From the human T2T-CHM13v2.0 reference genome, Homo sapiens: a stretch of DNA of 64,000 nt. The notes beneath the pieces were generated by a model. The model did not search any database and was not told the DNA's origin. It saw nothing but the letters and a program-made list of their open reading frames with translations. Made by a program: the position numbers and the translations under genes. The stretch lies in NCBI RefSeq assembly GCF_009914755.1, contig NC_060943.1; one strand, given 5' to 3'. Positions 1-22,750 of the stretch are shown piece by piece (the first letter of the stretch is position 1; every line of letters begins with the position of its first letter).

Positions 1-429
1 AAATTCATTTCAAGTGCCCATCAAAATTAACTTTATATTTTCATTGCTCTTGATTTACAGAAAATGTATGGGGAATACTAAGAATCTTCACAAACCAGCT
101 TTTTTTCTTCCCTTGCAGATAAGGACTTAAAGTGCCAGGCCTTTATTAAATTCTCTAGGTTTATGTCCATATTAATGTATCCAGGCCTCATGAAGACCCT
201 AAAGCACTGATATAATTATTGTTTACATTCTACAACAAGAAACTGTAAAGCGGAAAAATGAGTAACTATTAACCCCTTTGAAATGCAGTGTGAACATATA
301 ACTGAATTTTAAATTTTTTTCACTTTTCCTAAGCTAATTAACACAGGATTACCTTTAATTTTAATTAACTTACATTTAAATACAAAAGCAATATAAATGT
401 TTTTCTATTAAACACAACTTTATTGTTTT

Positions 430-1027
<598 letters not shown>

Positions 1028-1603
1028 CTTTAGACTCAGACACCACTGTATCAGGCTGCCTCTCACAATCTACACCAATGTCACACTGCCAAATCTCAAA
1101 GAAGATTTGGTTGTCACCACTTAAATCCCCTCATGAATGTTCTGGAAAAACTCCCTGCCCTTGTTGACATAGCCTCTCTGCATAAAACTCCTATCATATT
1201 CCCACTCCTAAATGTCTCCAAAGCCAACTTTGTCACTTACTGATTAATACCTACCATCTCCTATCTTGCTTTGTTTGCAAATCAAGTCTGTAAATAAGAT
1301 CAAAGGTATCTAGTGTGCCATTCTACTTAATCACTCGTCTCCTCCTTAACAAATTACATTCTAAAAAAAAGTTTTAACTTCTCCTCCAGGAGTTGTATTT
1401 CTATACCATAAAAATCCTTTGGAAAAAAAGAAGCACATGGGAGAATTGAATGATTTACCTAATGCATATGTGAATATTCAATGAAAGGGAAATGGGCATT
1501 TGGAAAGGCAATGGAGGACAAGGGGACCCATCTCTACGGTCCTGTTGTTAATTGGGAAGAGAAAACCAAGGGACCAGGTAAATGAACAAAAAAAAAAACT
1601 AAC

Positions 1604-1663
1604 CTTGAGTTGGCCATTAGTACCAATGCTGTCTTCCACTTCAGGGGGCCTTCACTTGCAGAA
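1604..1663 (-). CDS. ZNF529: ZNF529 start-codon exon (46 nt UTR + ATG GCC AAC TCA AG, MANS/S); rest of gene lies left of the window
   Basis: Minus strand: acceptor ctcttggttatgtag, ATG at 1617-1615, donor gttagt at 1603. MANSS matches my recollection of the ZNF529 N-terminus and fits the ZNF382 neighbourhood. Confidence 0.75.
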
Positions 1664-1979
1664 CTACATAACCAAGAGGGAGAAAGGACTCATGACATCC
1701 TGGACTGGTTAAATAAGAACACAGTGTTCACCACCAGAAAAGCCCATCACACACAACAAACACACCCAGATCGAAGAGGGAAACTAGAATACTGTCGACT
1801 CCTCCCCACATCCGAGAAAAAGGTACGACCAATGCCTAGCAGTTTCTAGGGAACACAGCTCAGGAAATACTGTAGTTCTTTAATGTATAAATGGCCTCCA
1901 AACTCATGCAAGGGGAGTTATCCCAGGAATGAATACTACACCTATGCCCTCCCCTTCACGTCTTCCCAGGAAACTTCAT

Positions 1980-2092
1980 TTATCTATCTTATCTATCTTA
2001 TCTATCTATCTATCTATCTATCTATTATCTATCATTTATCTATCTTCTATATATCATCTATGTAATCTATCTATATGCGTGTGTGTGTGTGT
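1980..2092. repeat. Compound (TCTA)n / (GT)n microsatellite
   Basis: Direct inspection. Confidence 0.9.
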
Positions 2093-2249
2093 ATAAGACC
2101 TCACGAAGAGATTCCATCACAGACATCACAGAGTCGGAAAAATGACGCTTTACCCAAAACAAACTCCTACAGGCTCACGGAAAAAAACGAACAAACAAAC
2201 AAACAAAAAAAAACAAAAAAACACTTCTACCCCGTTCACACTTATAGTT

Positions 2250-3300
2250 GGTCACAACAGTGCTGTCACACGATCACGTCACCGTAGACCAGGGTCACAC
2301 GATAGACCCCGCCCCTACTCACCGTCCTGAGTCCGATCAAACAGCACCCACGGCACACACTAGGGTCTCCGTCTCTCACACACACACACCACAATGACGT
2401 CGTAAACAATAGCACTAACCACCATCGTCCGCAGCTCCCGCGTACAGAGGCCTCAGGCTCCCGGCTCCACGTGGACCGACCTCGCCCGGCAGCGCGGGGC
2501 CACCTCACCGCGAGCTCCTCCCGCAGCCCGGCCCGGGTCACCTCGACTCGCCAGGCTTAACTCAATAACCACAACACCGGAAAAGGAAGCAAAGGTCGAA
2601 GTTCATCCGCGGCCCTGAGGCCTGTGGGAAACGTAGTCCAACAACGAAAGAGCCCTGAAGCTCAAGCGGAGCCCGCTGGCCGCAGGGGCCGCACCACGCC
2701 CCAGACCCTGGAGTTTCCGGGTGCGCAGACCCTTGCCATCAGCAGAGGCTGCCGCTGCGCGTCCCCTAGGCGCGGAAGAGGCGGCTGGTGGTCCCTGACG
2801 GCAAGGTGAAGTCGAGGCAGTAATCGGGAACCCAGGTTGGGAGGACAGAATGGGGAACAGGAAGCTGGGGCGAGGGTGGTCTTGGGGGAGGTGGGGGGCC
2901 GCGGAATTCTAGGTGGCCCCTGCCTCACCTCTGGAAAGAACCGGAAGCCCGGGCCGGGGAGGGTGAAGGGAGTCGCGGACCCGGCTGCTCAGCCGAGGAG
3001 GAAACCCGGACCCCAGGCTGAGGGAGGCCGAAGAAGGAACTGGAGGGCCGGGCTGGGAAGGCCTGAAGCGGGTACAGCCTTTAGGCTGGGGAGGGTCGAG
3101 GGGAGAACTCGGAGCCTGAGTCGGGCGAGGTTTTGCTCCACTCTGGCTTCTAAGTGTGGGGGCCTCAGGATGTGACCCGTGGTCGTAAACCTGAGGGTGA
3201 CTTGGAGTTTTTGTCCGTTTTGCACCATGAGAAAGGCCCCAGATGGAATCTGGCAGGTAGCGGCGGTTCAGTGTGTGTGTGTCTGCCTTAGGGCGTGTTT
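2250..3300. promoter_or_regulatory. CpG-island bidirectional promoter (proximal)
   Basis: High GC/CpG. ZNF143/THAP11-type ACTACnnnTCCCA motif on the minus strand at 2623-2639; CRE-like TGACGTCG at ~2395; ETS-like CCGGAA at ~2577 and 2941; G4-type GGGCCGGGGAGGGTGAAGGG at 2951-2970. Confidence 0.85.
2420..2580 (-). other. ZNF529: Candidate ZNF529 proximal non-coding exon 1
   Basis: Minus-strand donors in the CpG island: g|gttagt at 2419 and acg|gtgagt at 2322. TSS approximate. Confidence 0.5.
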
Positions 3301-3305
3301 TACAC

Positions 3306-3852
3306 TGTTGACGAAAAGACTCAAACTCTAAAGTATTTGAAGAGACTTATTCTGAGCTAAATATGAGTGACCAATGGCCGGTGGCCCAGCCCTCAGGAGA
3401 TCTTGAGAACCTGTGCCCAGGGTGGACGGGATATATGTGGTTTTATACCTTTTAGGGAAACATGAGACACCAATCAAATACATGTAAAATGTACATTGAT
3501 TCCCTCCGGAAAGGCGGGACAGCTGGAAGGTGGCTGGCCTTCCAGGTCATAGGTAGATTCAAAGATTATTTGATTGGCAATGGGTTGAAAGAGTTATTGA
3601 CGTAAGACTTAGGAATGTCTCCAGGTAGCACGCTTCACAGAGAATAGATTGTAAATGTTTCTTTTCAGACTTGGGGTCTTTTCTATCAGTAATTCCAAAA
3701 TGGAGGAGGGTATAATGAAGCATGTCCGACCCGCCCACCCCCGCCTTTCCATCATGGCTTTACTAGTTTTTCAGGTTAGGAATGCCCTGGCCAAGAGGAG
3801 GGGTCCATTCAAGATGGTCTGGGTGTGCTTAGGATTTTATTTTTGGTTTACA
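3306..3852 (-). mobile_element. MER4-family solo LTR (ERV1)
   Basis: TG...CA ends; minus strand begins tgtaaaccaaaaataaaat; 4-bp TSD acac (3302-3305 / 3853-3856). Confidence 0.85.
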
Positions 3853-3979
3853 ACACCAGCACCACCGGAGTTTGCTGGTGTCCTTTCCAGTCAGTTTCAA
3901 AGCAGAGACAGCCATAGTTCTGATTTGTGTCACTGTAACTGTCAGTTCCGGAATTCCATATTTCTCCTTTAGTTTACCC

Positions 3980-4235
3980 TAATGTGTGTGAGATTTCATG
4001 TGTAGTTCATTTTTCTTTTTCTGAACAGCACTCCATTGTGCAAATATACCACAATTTGTGTAGTCATTTTTCTGTTGTTGAACATTTGGCATATTTACAG
4101 GTTTTATACATTACGAATAAAGCTGGCACGTTTCCATTTCTCCTGGGCAAATATTTAGAAGAAAAGTTGCTGGGTAATTGGTAAGTTTACATTTAACTTT
4201 CCAAGAAGCTGATAAGCCTTTTAGAATGATTAGTT
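3980..4235 (-). mobile_element. Old L1 (L1M) 3' fragment
   Basis: tccattgtgcaaatataccacaatttg...gaacatttggcatatttacagg pattern. Confidence 0.6.
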
Positions 4236-5075
4236 GTGATTTGTGTGTGTGAGATTGTGTAACTGGAGTAAGTAGTTTCTGAGTTTGCTTTGCTATGTTT
4301 GTATGGAATTATAAGATGGGCTCAACAGGGTTGTGAATGTCATGTAGGATCCATAGGATTGTGGCTTTGTGGAGTAGGTAAGATCACAGGAAACTGAATG
4401 TGTCTGTGCTAATTGTTATTTATCATGGTTTTGTGTGTACATTCCATGATAACTGAAAATGGATCACTATGTAAGTGATGTTAATGACTGAAGAACTCTG
4501 TGTGTCTGGTGTATTTCATTTTGCTTGCAGAATTATGACAGTTTCTAATAACTAAAATATCACAAGCATTGGAAACTAGGAGGTAAAATTATAATTTCTA
4601 GATGACAGGGTTGCATTACCTGGAAACATCATACAAACTAAATCCAATATGTTGAAATGAGGACTCCATATGTAGCACAGAAGTAAAATACTTTCATCCC
4701 TACCACTTTGAATAGTTATATAGATTTGAGGTCCCCTCCCACCCATCCCCCCGCCTCCTGCTTGCCCCTGGATGAAGTTGAGGGTGATTTAATGCCCTCC
4801 TAAATCACTTTAAGCCAAGTAAAAGTACTTGAAATACTAAAAATCACAAAGTCAGCTTTGTAGTAATTAAAATAGTCATTTTCTAATTAAAATATTTACT
4901 GTAAAAATCAAATTTCAAACTTCATTTAAAAGAAAAATTTCTTTCAACTGTCTAGAGCCTACAGTGTAATTACTTTCTTCTCTACTTCCCCAACCGGTAT
5001 TACTAAATAGGTACTATCTCGCATAATGATTAGGATTTAATAGTAAATGCTTATTAGTTAACCAGGCAGGTTTAA

Positions 5076-5426
<351 letters not shown>

Positions 5427-5429
5427 TCA

Positions 5430-5570
5430 CGTGACTTCTTTTGCCTCCCTTCTCTCTGTTGTTCACCTTTTGAAAAAAAGAATCCAAAAGAGCAAGGGTC
5501 CTTTCCTGCAAATTATAAAAGCTATGGCTGAGAATGAATGTTTCTTCTCTCCTTTCTGAAATATCTTTCC
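5430..5570 (+). pseudogene. Decayed paralogue of ZNF382 exon 2
   Basis: aaagctATGgctgag|aatgaatgtttcttctctcctttctgaaata aligns to aaagccATGtctcag|gtgagatgatgtttcctctctttctgaaata (36893-36938); the GT donor is lost. Confidence 0.65.
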
Positions 5571-5716
5571 CCCAGGATAACTGAGCATTTGCCTACCATG
5601 AAACTTCCATGAGACAGGATTCTCCATTTTCTTTTATTCTAGTCAGATAACGATGTTGCCTTCTCCAAGTTTCCCTTCTAATTGTAACTACTGTTCACTT
5701 AATAATTGGATATTTT

Positions 5717-6050
<334 letters not shown>

Positions 6051-6225
6051 TCACTCCTATAAACAGAAACATATTCCCTTGAATTAAATAAGCATATGTT
6101 CCTTTCATAAACCTTTTTTATACAGATAGTGATTTGATGTCTATGTAGTGAGTACTCAGGAGAGCCCATACAAGGGAAAGCCTCATCATGTCCACATATC
6201 TCAGTTTACTAGTGAGTGATTCTAC

Positions 6226-7060
6226 TTTTTCTTTTTTCTTTTTTTTTTTTTTTTGAGACAGGGTCTTTGTCACCCAGGCTGGGGGGCAGTGGCACAATCT
6301 TGGCTCACTGCAGCCTCGACCTCTTAGGCTCAAGTGACTCTCCCATTTCAGTCTCCTGAGTAGCTGGGACCACAGGCACCCACTACTATACCTGGCTAAT
6401 TTTTGTATTTTGTATTTTAGGTGGAGACAAGGTTTCGCCACATTGACTGGGCTGGTCTCGAACTCCTGAGCTCAAGCAACCGGCCCTCCTTGACCTCCCA
6501 AAGTGCTAGGATTACAGGTGTGAACCACCGTGCCCGGCCCTACTTTCTATCGAAGTAGAATAGGTAGATCACATTATTATTAACAGTATATGGGAAGAGG
6601 GAGGTCCTCCCATGTTACATTGTTCTCCCTTCACCTTCTGGGTCATGTTGCACCACTGTTTCCCTTCTAGTCATATCCCAGGGGGCCTTGTCCCATTTAT
6701 ACAGCTCTATTCTAGTGGTCACCAGAGGAATGGGAGTAATCTGATTGAAAGATAAGACAGAAGATTGTACTCTCTTTTTTTTTTTTTTGAGACAGAGTCA
6801 CCCAGGCTGGAATGCAGTGGCATTGTCATGGCTCACCGCAGTCTCAAACTCCTGGGCCCAAGTGATCCTCCCACTCAGCCTCCTGAGTAGCTGGGACTAG
6901 AGGCACATGCAACCACATGCAGCTATTTTTTTTTAAATTTTCTGTAGAGACAGGGTCTCACTGTGTTGCTCAGTTTGTCTCAAACTCCTGGGCTCAAGTG
7001 ATCCTCCTGCCTTGGCCTCACAAAGTACTAGGATTACAGGCATGAGTCACCACACTCAGC
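6226..7060 (-). mobile_element. Two AluJ-like elements (6226-6539, 6775-7060)
   Basis: Reverse-strand Alus with ggctcaag J diagnostics. Confidence 0.9.
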
Positions 7061-7311
7061 TGAACTCTACTCTTTATGTTCAGGAAAGCACTGGAGAAGA
7101 GAGAGGACAAGAGAAACAGGTCCGTAGTGACAGGAGCCTAGGAATAGAGCAGGCCTTCAGTCTTGGTGAAAAAATAAATGGTATTCTAAGCCTTCCTTTG
7201 GACATTAATTCAGTACTACCCACTCTTTTTCTCTTGTCCATTCCTCCCTTATATTTTTTTTATAAAATGAAGAACTCAATCCCTTATTTTTTTTTTCTAT
7301 CCTTCAAGTGA

Positions 7312-8498
<1,187 letters not shown>

Positions 8499-8679
8499 TA
8501 CTACACGTGTGAATTAGAAATTCTAAGCTGAGAAAGCTACTTAAAATTGGTCAAGAAAAAGATACACATTAAGTATAAGAAAGTTGGCATGGCTATAGTA
8601 GTATCAGATAATAGGCCTCAAAACAGTGTATATGGCAGGAGATAGGTAACAGTCATAAAAGAGCAGGTCATTAGGAATT

Positions 8680-9866
8680 TGCATATACATTTGTCACTAC
8701 AGGGATACATTCTGAGAAATGTGTTATTAGGTGATTGCATCATGCAAGCATCATAGAGCACACTAACACAAACAGCAATGGGGTAGCCTACTACATACCT
8801 AAGTTATATGGTATAGCCTATTGCTCCTAGGCTACAAACCTGTATAGCATATTATATAGCATATAGCATACCTGTATTGAATGCTGTAGGCATTTATAAC
8901 ACAGTGGTGTTTGTGTATCTAAACATAGCAAAGGTACAGTAAAAATACTGTATAAAATATTAAAAAATGGCACACCGGTATAAGATACTTGCCATGAATG
9001 GAGCTTGTGGGACTGAATTTCTGGGTGCATCAGTGAGTGAGTTGTGAGAGAATGCTAAGGACTAGGACATTACTGTATACTGCTGTAGACTTTACAAGCA
9101 GTACACTTAGGCTTCACTAAATTTATTTTTTTAAGTTTTCTTCAATAATAAATTAACCTTAGCTTCCTGTAATATTTTTACATTATAAACTTACTATTTT
9201 TTATCTTTCTGAATTGTAGTGACTCTTCACTTAAAACGCAAACACATTATATAGCAACACAAAAATATTTCTGTCCTTATTCTATAGGCTTTTTTCTATT
9301 TAAAAATTTTTTTGTTTTAAAAATGTTTGTTACTTTTTAAACTTTCTTGTTAAAAACAAACACACTTTAGCCTGGGCCTACACAGGGTCTAGAGTATCAA
9401 TATGTCTGTCTTTTACCGCCATATCTTGTCCAACTGGAATGTCGTCTTCAGGATTAAAAATATGCATGGAGCTGTCATCGCCTATGAAAACAATGCCTTC
9501 TTCTGGATACCTCCTGAAGGACTTGCCTGAGGCTGTTTTACAGTTACTTTTTTTTTTTAATAAGTAGAAGGAGTACAGTCTAAAATAATAATACAAATAG
9601 TACAATAAATTACATAAACTAGTAATGTAATCACTTATTATTATCACCTATTACGTACTATACATAATTGCATGTGCTATACTTTTATACAACTGGAAGC
9701 ACAGTAGGTTTATTTACAGCAGCGTCACCACAAACACCTGAGTGATATGTTGCATGACAACGTCCACAAGTGATAGGAATTTTTCAGCTCCATTGTAATC
9801 TTATGGGACCACCATTGTATATGTGTCCATCATTGAGTAAAATGTTATTACATGACACATGACTGT
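8680..9866. mobile_element. Tigger3 (Golem) derivative, Tigger3b-sized
   Basis: gggatacattctgagaaatg...gcctattgctcctaggctacaaacctg, ending catgactg. Confidence 0.85.
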
Positions 9867-10035
9867 GTTCATCAGGAATATGTATGCTAGTATGAACCTA
9901 TAATGAGAGTGTTAAATTTTATGAAGCAAAAACTAACAGAACAAAAGAAATAGATCCACAAGCATAATTGGAAATCCACAATTATATCTCAGTAATTGAT
10001 AGCACTTGTAGGCAAGAAATTCAGTAGTATATGTA

Positions 10036-10330
10036 ATCAGCTCTTCATATATGCAGATTCAACCAATAGCAATGCACAAATATTCAGAAAAAACACAATG
10101 ACAGTAAAAAAATACAAATTTTAAAATACAGTATAAAATTATTTACATAGCATTTACATTGTATTAAGTATTATAAAAAATCTAGAGATGGTTTAAAATA
10201 TACAGAAGGTTGTGCATAGGTTATATGCAACTACTACACCATTTTATATAACAAACTTGGGCATCTGTAGGTTTTGGTATCCACAAGGTGTCCTGGAACC
10301 AGTCCCCTGTGGATAGCAAGGGACAACTGT
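10036..10330. mobile_element. MER2 (TcMar-Tigger)
   Basis: gcagattcaaccaa...gtgcataggttatatgcaactactacaccattttatata...gggacaactgta. Confidence 0.8.
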
Positions 10331-10794
10331 ATAGAAGATATGAACCACACCAGTCAACATGACCTAATTGTTGTTTACAGAACACCATACCCACAATTGA
10401 AAAATTACATTCTTTTCATGTACCTGAACAGTCCCCATGATAGACTATTGGCTGGACCATAAGTCACAATAAACTTCAAAAGATTGCCACATTACAGGGA
10501 ATGTGCATTAGAAACCAATAATAAGAAACCTATACAGTCCTTCAATACATGGAAATTAAATAACACACTTCTAGATCTACAGATCATTGAATAAATAAGG
10601 GGAAAATGTTTTGAAATATGAAAAAGTGACAACAGCATATCAAAATTGGAAGGATACAGCTAAAGCAGAGTTGAGAGGAATGTTAAGTACTTAAATAAAA
10701 AAAGGAGAAATTCATAGCAGCATTATTCACAATAACCAAGAAATACGTACAACCCAGATGTTCATCAGTGGATGAATGGATAAACAAAATGTGG

Positions 10795-11189
10795 TAATAT
10801 GATTTGGATATTTGTTCCCTCAAAATCTCACACGGACATGTGACCCCCAGTGTTGGAGGTGGCGCCTAGTGGGAGGTGTTGGATTATGGGGTGGATCTCA
10901 TGAATGGCTTGGTGTCCTCCACATGGATATGAGTTCATCCTATAGCTAGTTGTTTAAAAGAGCCTGGCACCTCCTCCCTCTCCCTTTTGTTCCCTCTTGC
11001 CATGTGATATGCTAGCTCTCCCTTTGCCTTCTGCCATAATTGTAAGCTTCCTGAGGCCTCACCAGAAGCAGATGCTGGCACTATGCTTCTTGTACAGCCT
11101 ATAGAACCATAAGCTAAATAAACCATTTTTCTTTATAAATTACCCAGCCTCAGGTATTCCTTTATAGCAACACAAAACAGACTAATACA
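10795..11189 (+). mobile_element. MST-type MaLR solo LTR
   Basis: cccagtgttggaggtgg...ttataaattacccagcctcaggtattcc...gactaataca; 5-bp TSD tgtgg. Confidence 0.85.
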
Positions 11190-11708
11190 TGTGGCATATA
11201 CATACAATGTAATATTATTCAGCCTTGGAAGGAAATTTTGACATATGCTACAATGTGGCTGAACCTTGAGGATATTCTAATAAGCCAATCACAAAAAGAT
11301 AACTACTTATGATTCCACTCATATGAAGTATCTAGAGTAGTCCACCTCATAAAATCAGAAAGTATTACTGGTCTCCCACTTTTAGGCTATTAACGCTTGT
11401 AGTGAGAGTTTGTAGGTTTCTTGTCGTGGTTGCCAGGGGCTGGGGGCAGGGGGAAAAGGGTAGTTATTATTTCATGGATATAGTTTCACATTTACAGGAT
11501 GAAAAAGTTGTGGATGTTGGTTGTACAAAAATGGGAATATACTTAATGCTGCTGAGCTGTATACTCAAATAGTTAAGATGGTAAATTTTATGTTACATGT
11601 ATACTTTGCCACCATTTTTAAAAATGAGGAAAGGCTTAAACAAGAATAATAAACATGCTATATGCTAAACCAAAAGTCAAAAAAAAGAAGTAAAGATGGG
11701 CATAAATC

Positions 11709-12028
<320 letters not shown>

Positions 12029-12342
12029 TTAAGTAGAAATAGAAAGCAGACCATTAAGAAAATGAACAAAACAACAAGTTTATGTGAAGGTATTTTAAAA
12101 ATGGATAAATCCCTAGTAAGCATAATTAATAAAATAGAAAACACAAATTGCCCATGTCAGGAATAAAAATGAAGATGCCACTACGGATCCTATAGACAGT
12201 AAAATGATAAGGCAATATTATGAACAATTTTATGCCAATAAATTTGACATTTTAGATGAAATTCATCCATTCCTTTAAAAGCACAGCTTCTCAAAACTCT
12301 TGACTCAAAATGAAATAGAAAAACAGAAAGTCTGTATCTAAT

Positions 12343-12663
<321 letters not shown>

Positions 12664-13769
12664 TAAAAATCCATACATACAGAACCAGGTTCAGCTCCAC
12701 TGAAACCCCTGCAACTCAGCCAAAAGTAAATGTAACATGGTTTTGAATGCTGTCTTAATCCAGGGCACATGAAAAACCCTTAAAAACAAAAACAAAAACA
12801 AAGCATACCTCTGCCCCACCGAGATGAGCTCAAAAACAAACATTACAAACAACGAGGAAATAACCATCACAGGAGGGTCAGCAGAGTAAATAAATAATAA
12901 AGTTGGCACCTACAAGAACTGCATATAATATGACAATATGAAAGAATATGAAATGTTTTAAATGGAAAAAAACTCATAATGAAAGCATAATACTTAAAAA
13001 GAATCAGTAGATTTAAAAAATAACCAGAGAAAATTTCTAGAAATAAAAAAGATCTTAAGTATAGAGAACATAACAAGCACAGCTCAAAATTAATGAACTT
13101 AAAGATATATCTGAAGAGATTACCTATAATGCAGCACAGAGATAAAAAGTGAAATACAGATGAGAAACTGAGACATGGAAGAAAATAAAAGGGCCCAAGA
13201 CACATCTAATAAATGTCATAAAAGGAGAAAAAGGAGGAGAAGCATCAGAAGAAAAAGTGGTTTACAACTTTTCAAAATTAAACTCAATTTTAAGATGAGG
13301 AATCAAAATGAGTGTCAAGTAGGATAATGAAAGTGGATCTAACACCTAGACACATCACAGTGATAATGCAAAACAGAAATCTTGAAAAGAAGGAAGGGAG
13401 GGAAGGAAAGAAAAGAAAAACAGAAAAGACATGCTACCTAAAAGGAAAGATGATTGGGCACAAGATGTCAGAAGACAGGAGAATAATACCTTCAAACTGA
13501 TAGAGGAAAAGTAGCAATTAAGAGTGGGGCAAAATAAAGACATTTTCAGACAAAGATAAGGTTTTTTTCATAGACTCACTGGAAGAATTTCTAAAGGATG
13601 TGAATCAGCAAAAAGAAAAACCCAGAAAGACAGAATGAGATAAAATTTTAAATGATGAGCAAGGAAATTGGTAAATATGTTGGGGATTCTGTTTACTAAG
13701 TAATGATGATTACTTTTTACGGAATTTCAAAACAAATTAGATCAAAAGCACCAGACAAAAATAGAAAGA

Positions 13770-14078
<309 letters not shown>

Positions 14079-15607
14079 CTACAGCATTCTAAGGTCTTTT
14101 TTATTGCTCAAGAAGGAGATACCAATTAGTCATTAAGTCAAAGATGCAAGGTTAAGAGTAACTTCCGATAGTAAAGCAATACAATATCTTATTTTTAATC
14201 CAGTGCAGGGGAAAGTAGAATAAGGAGCACTTAATTGATCTCATAGAAGTCAATAAAACATAAAAGAAGCAGCAAGTATAAGCCTGATTAAACAGAAAGT
14301 GGGGAAAGAGATGGGTCATTGAGCTAAGGGGAGGCCTGGTGACAGCTCTTGGAAGATGAAGTCTGACCAGAATAGCACATAAGTCAATCAGGTTGCTGTG
14401 GCCAAAGTGCATGGTCCTTGCCTCTCTGAGTTTGTAGTGGGGAGAAACAACAAACCCAACACTAAACATGGAGGAAAGAATTAAAGACTCAGGCCTATCA
14501 GTTTCCACTCCCTGCCCTCCCGTTACTACCAGTTTAAAGGCTTACAGGGGCTCATGGATGAGTGGGAAGTTTTTGTGACGTTTGATAGAGAAATGAGCTG
14601 CCTCTTGACCAGCAGAGAGCCCCAGGTTCATCCTCATGTGGAGTAACAGGGCTGCAGAGCAGTCAGTGTTCCAGAGCCCTGTGCTCACAGATCTAGCTAC
14701 AATCCCCACCTGCACTGTTTTTAGTTGTGTATATCCCTTAATGTTACTGAACCTCATTCTCTTCTGATGTAAAATGAAGACAGGCATTTCTGCTCAACCC
14801 ATTTCATCTGTAAATGGAGGGAATAAGTCTTTATGAAATGAGACAAAGTATATTCAGTGTCTGCAGTGCAGTTAATAAATTAGTGTCTTTCTACCTGTTT
14901 CTCACAAAACTGAAATAAAAGCTGGAAAATTGCTTTGTAAACCATAAGGCACTCTGCATACAAAAGAGATTACTATGAATTTTTCCTAAGTGATTAACTC
15001 ATGACTCCTTTCCATACTCCTCAGCAGTGGCAACATTGGGAGGCTGGATTTTGGTGGGATGGAAGATAATGAGGGGACTCTGGTTTCTGGCCAGCTCCAG
15101 GACTGGATGTGATGGTTAACGATACTTAACATCACCACACAGCTCATTCCCTAGCTGGCTCAGTAACTATGGATCTCTAAGCAATGTCTTAACATTTACG
15201 CTTACATCTGCTAAGCTAAGTATGTACTGTTCCTTGATTTACATGCCACATTGATTTTTTAAGGGGTTTCAACTGTGGATCATGAGGCAGAAGAGGTGAC
15301 AATGAAAGGTCAGGCAAAGACAGGAGTGTCCAGTGTGGAACACGAAATCCCATCCTGACTATAAAACATTATATGCTGTTTATTACATTTTAACTTCAGA
15401 AATTATCGACTCCATTTTCCATTTCCTTGCAATATGTATTGAGCTTTTCAGTCCTGTTTTGTCATCATGCAAACAAGTAAAATTCTTCAGGATGCAGACC
15501 CACCTAATAGTACTAAAAAGGAATCTTTAAAAAATATGGAGATGTCTTCTCCCTATGGAGCTACAGGGGAAAAGACACCACTCTGTGTCATAAAATCTAT
15601 TTAAATG

Positions 15608-15919
<312 letters not shown>

Positions 15920-16198
15920 TTAAAAGAACCTGATATGATAAAGTATTGAATTGAGAACACTCAGTGAATATCAGCATTACTCTCCTGTTCAGTAGAGAGA
16001 TAACTCTGATCATCCTCAGCTATTTTCCTGTCTATAATTTGCTTATTTGTATTATTTGTGCAAAGAAGTCTTTAACACCTCATATTTCAATAGTAATCCT
16101 AAATCCTGTTGTTTATGTCATAATTCGCTGCCCTGATAATGCTTAAACTCATCTCTGTTTTTCTAAAAGACATAAATATGTATAAGGTTTCTATATTA

Positions 16199-17550
<1,352 letters not shown>

Positions 17551-18069
17551 TGTGTCTCATGCCTTAAGGGATTACTAGTTTAGTATATGGTCTCCAGTAG
17601 TGGTTTAATGAAATTCCGTGGGAGATCTCTTGAGCTTTATTCAGAGCGTTGTTTTACCCTCCTAGTGTCCACTCCCTGCTGTCTTTGCATAGGAGAACCA
17701 CAGTCCTGTATTCAGAGGTAAAAGTGGATAAGTATCTCATGATTTGAGGATAGATAGGTGTGATGGAAAGAGAGTTGTCATTCACTTGGTCTGCCCTGTT
17801 CCCTAAGTGTATGTTTGCACCCCACACCTCTGTCATCCTTGTTCTGAAATGAGTGCTATTCTACCTCAGGAACATACTGATGACCCCCAGCACTGTGAAA
17901 ATCAGAACAGTGAATGGCAAGATTCAAAGGGGCCATGACAAATATTAGGGAAATGGAAAAGTAGAATGAGATCCATCCATTGTGGATCAAACCTAACAGA
18001 CAATGGCAGCAAGAAGTGGGGAGAGAAGAGAAACTTTCTCTGAAGTCTTGCCTATTCTGTGCCTCCAAC

Positions 18070-18830
18070 AATATGCCCCTTCCCCATAACTTGCCCAACG
18101 AATCTCTTCAACTGTATCCTTTGTAATATCCTTTATAATAAACCAGCAAACATAAGTGTTTCCCTGAGTTCTGTGAGCACTTCAGCAAATTAATTGAACC
18201 CAAAGAGGGGGTTGTGAGAACCCCATCTTTTTTTTTTTTTTTTTTAAGACAGGATCACGCTCTGTCACCCAGGCTGGAGTGCAATGGCACAGATCACTGC
18301 TCACTGTAACCTTGAATTCATGGGCTCAAGTGAGCCTTTCACCTCAGCCTCCCAAGTAGCTAGGACTACACAGGCTTGTACCTCCAGGCACAGCTAATTT
18401 TACTTTTTATTTTCTTGAGACAGGTCTCACTCTGTTGCCCAGGCTGGTCTTGAACTCTTGGCCTCAAGTGATCCTCCAGCCATGAGCCACTGTAAATGTC
18501 TGGGAATGCCAACTTGAAGCCCAGCTGGTCAGAAGTTCTAGAGGCCCAGACTTGCAACTGGTGTCTGAAGGGATGGCAGTCTTGGGGACTGAGCCCTCAA
18601 CCTGAGGGATCTGATGCTATTTCCAGGCAGATAGTGTCAGAATTAAATTGGAGGATACGCAGTTAGTGTCTGCTGCAGAACTGATTGCTTGCTTGCTGGT
18701 AGGGGGAAATCCCCACATATCTGGGGGTCATTGAAGTCTTTGGTGTTGACTCTTACTGTGTTTGTTGTTTTCATGTGAGAGCAGAGGAAAAGCAAGGAAA
18801 TGTTTTCCTCTGGTCAGTTTTCCAGACCAG
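18070..18830 (+). mobile_element. MER21-family LTR split by an Alu
   Basis: taagtgtttccctgagttctgtgagc...gcttgcttgctggtagggggaaatccccaca. Confidence 0.7.
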
Positions 18831-18954
18831 TCTTTACAGAAACACACACAGAGCTTCAAACAACACTACACTTACACAGCCCTAAAAGTTAGTAAGTACC
18901 TCTTTCAGTTCTGCACTCCAAGCACTTCAATGATTTCAGCCTTACTGTAGTCCT

Positions 18955-22460
<3,506 letters not shown>

Positions 22461-22463
22461 GAT

Positions 22464-22750
<287 letters not shown>

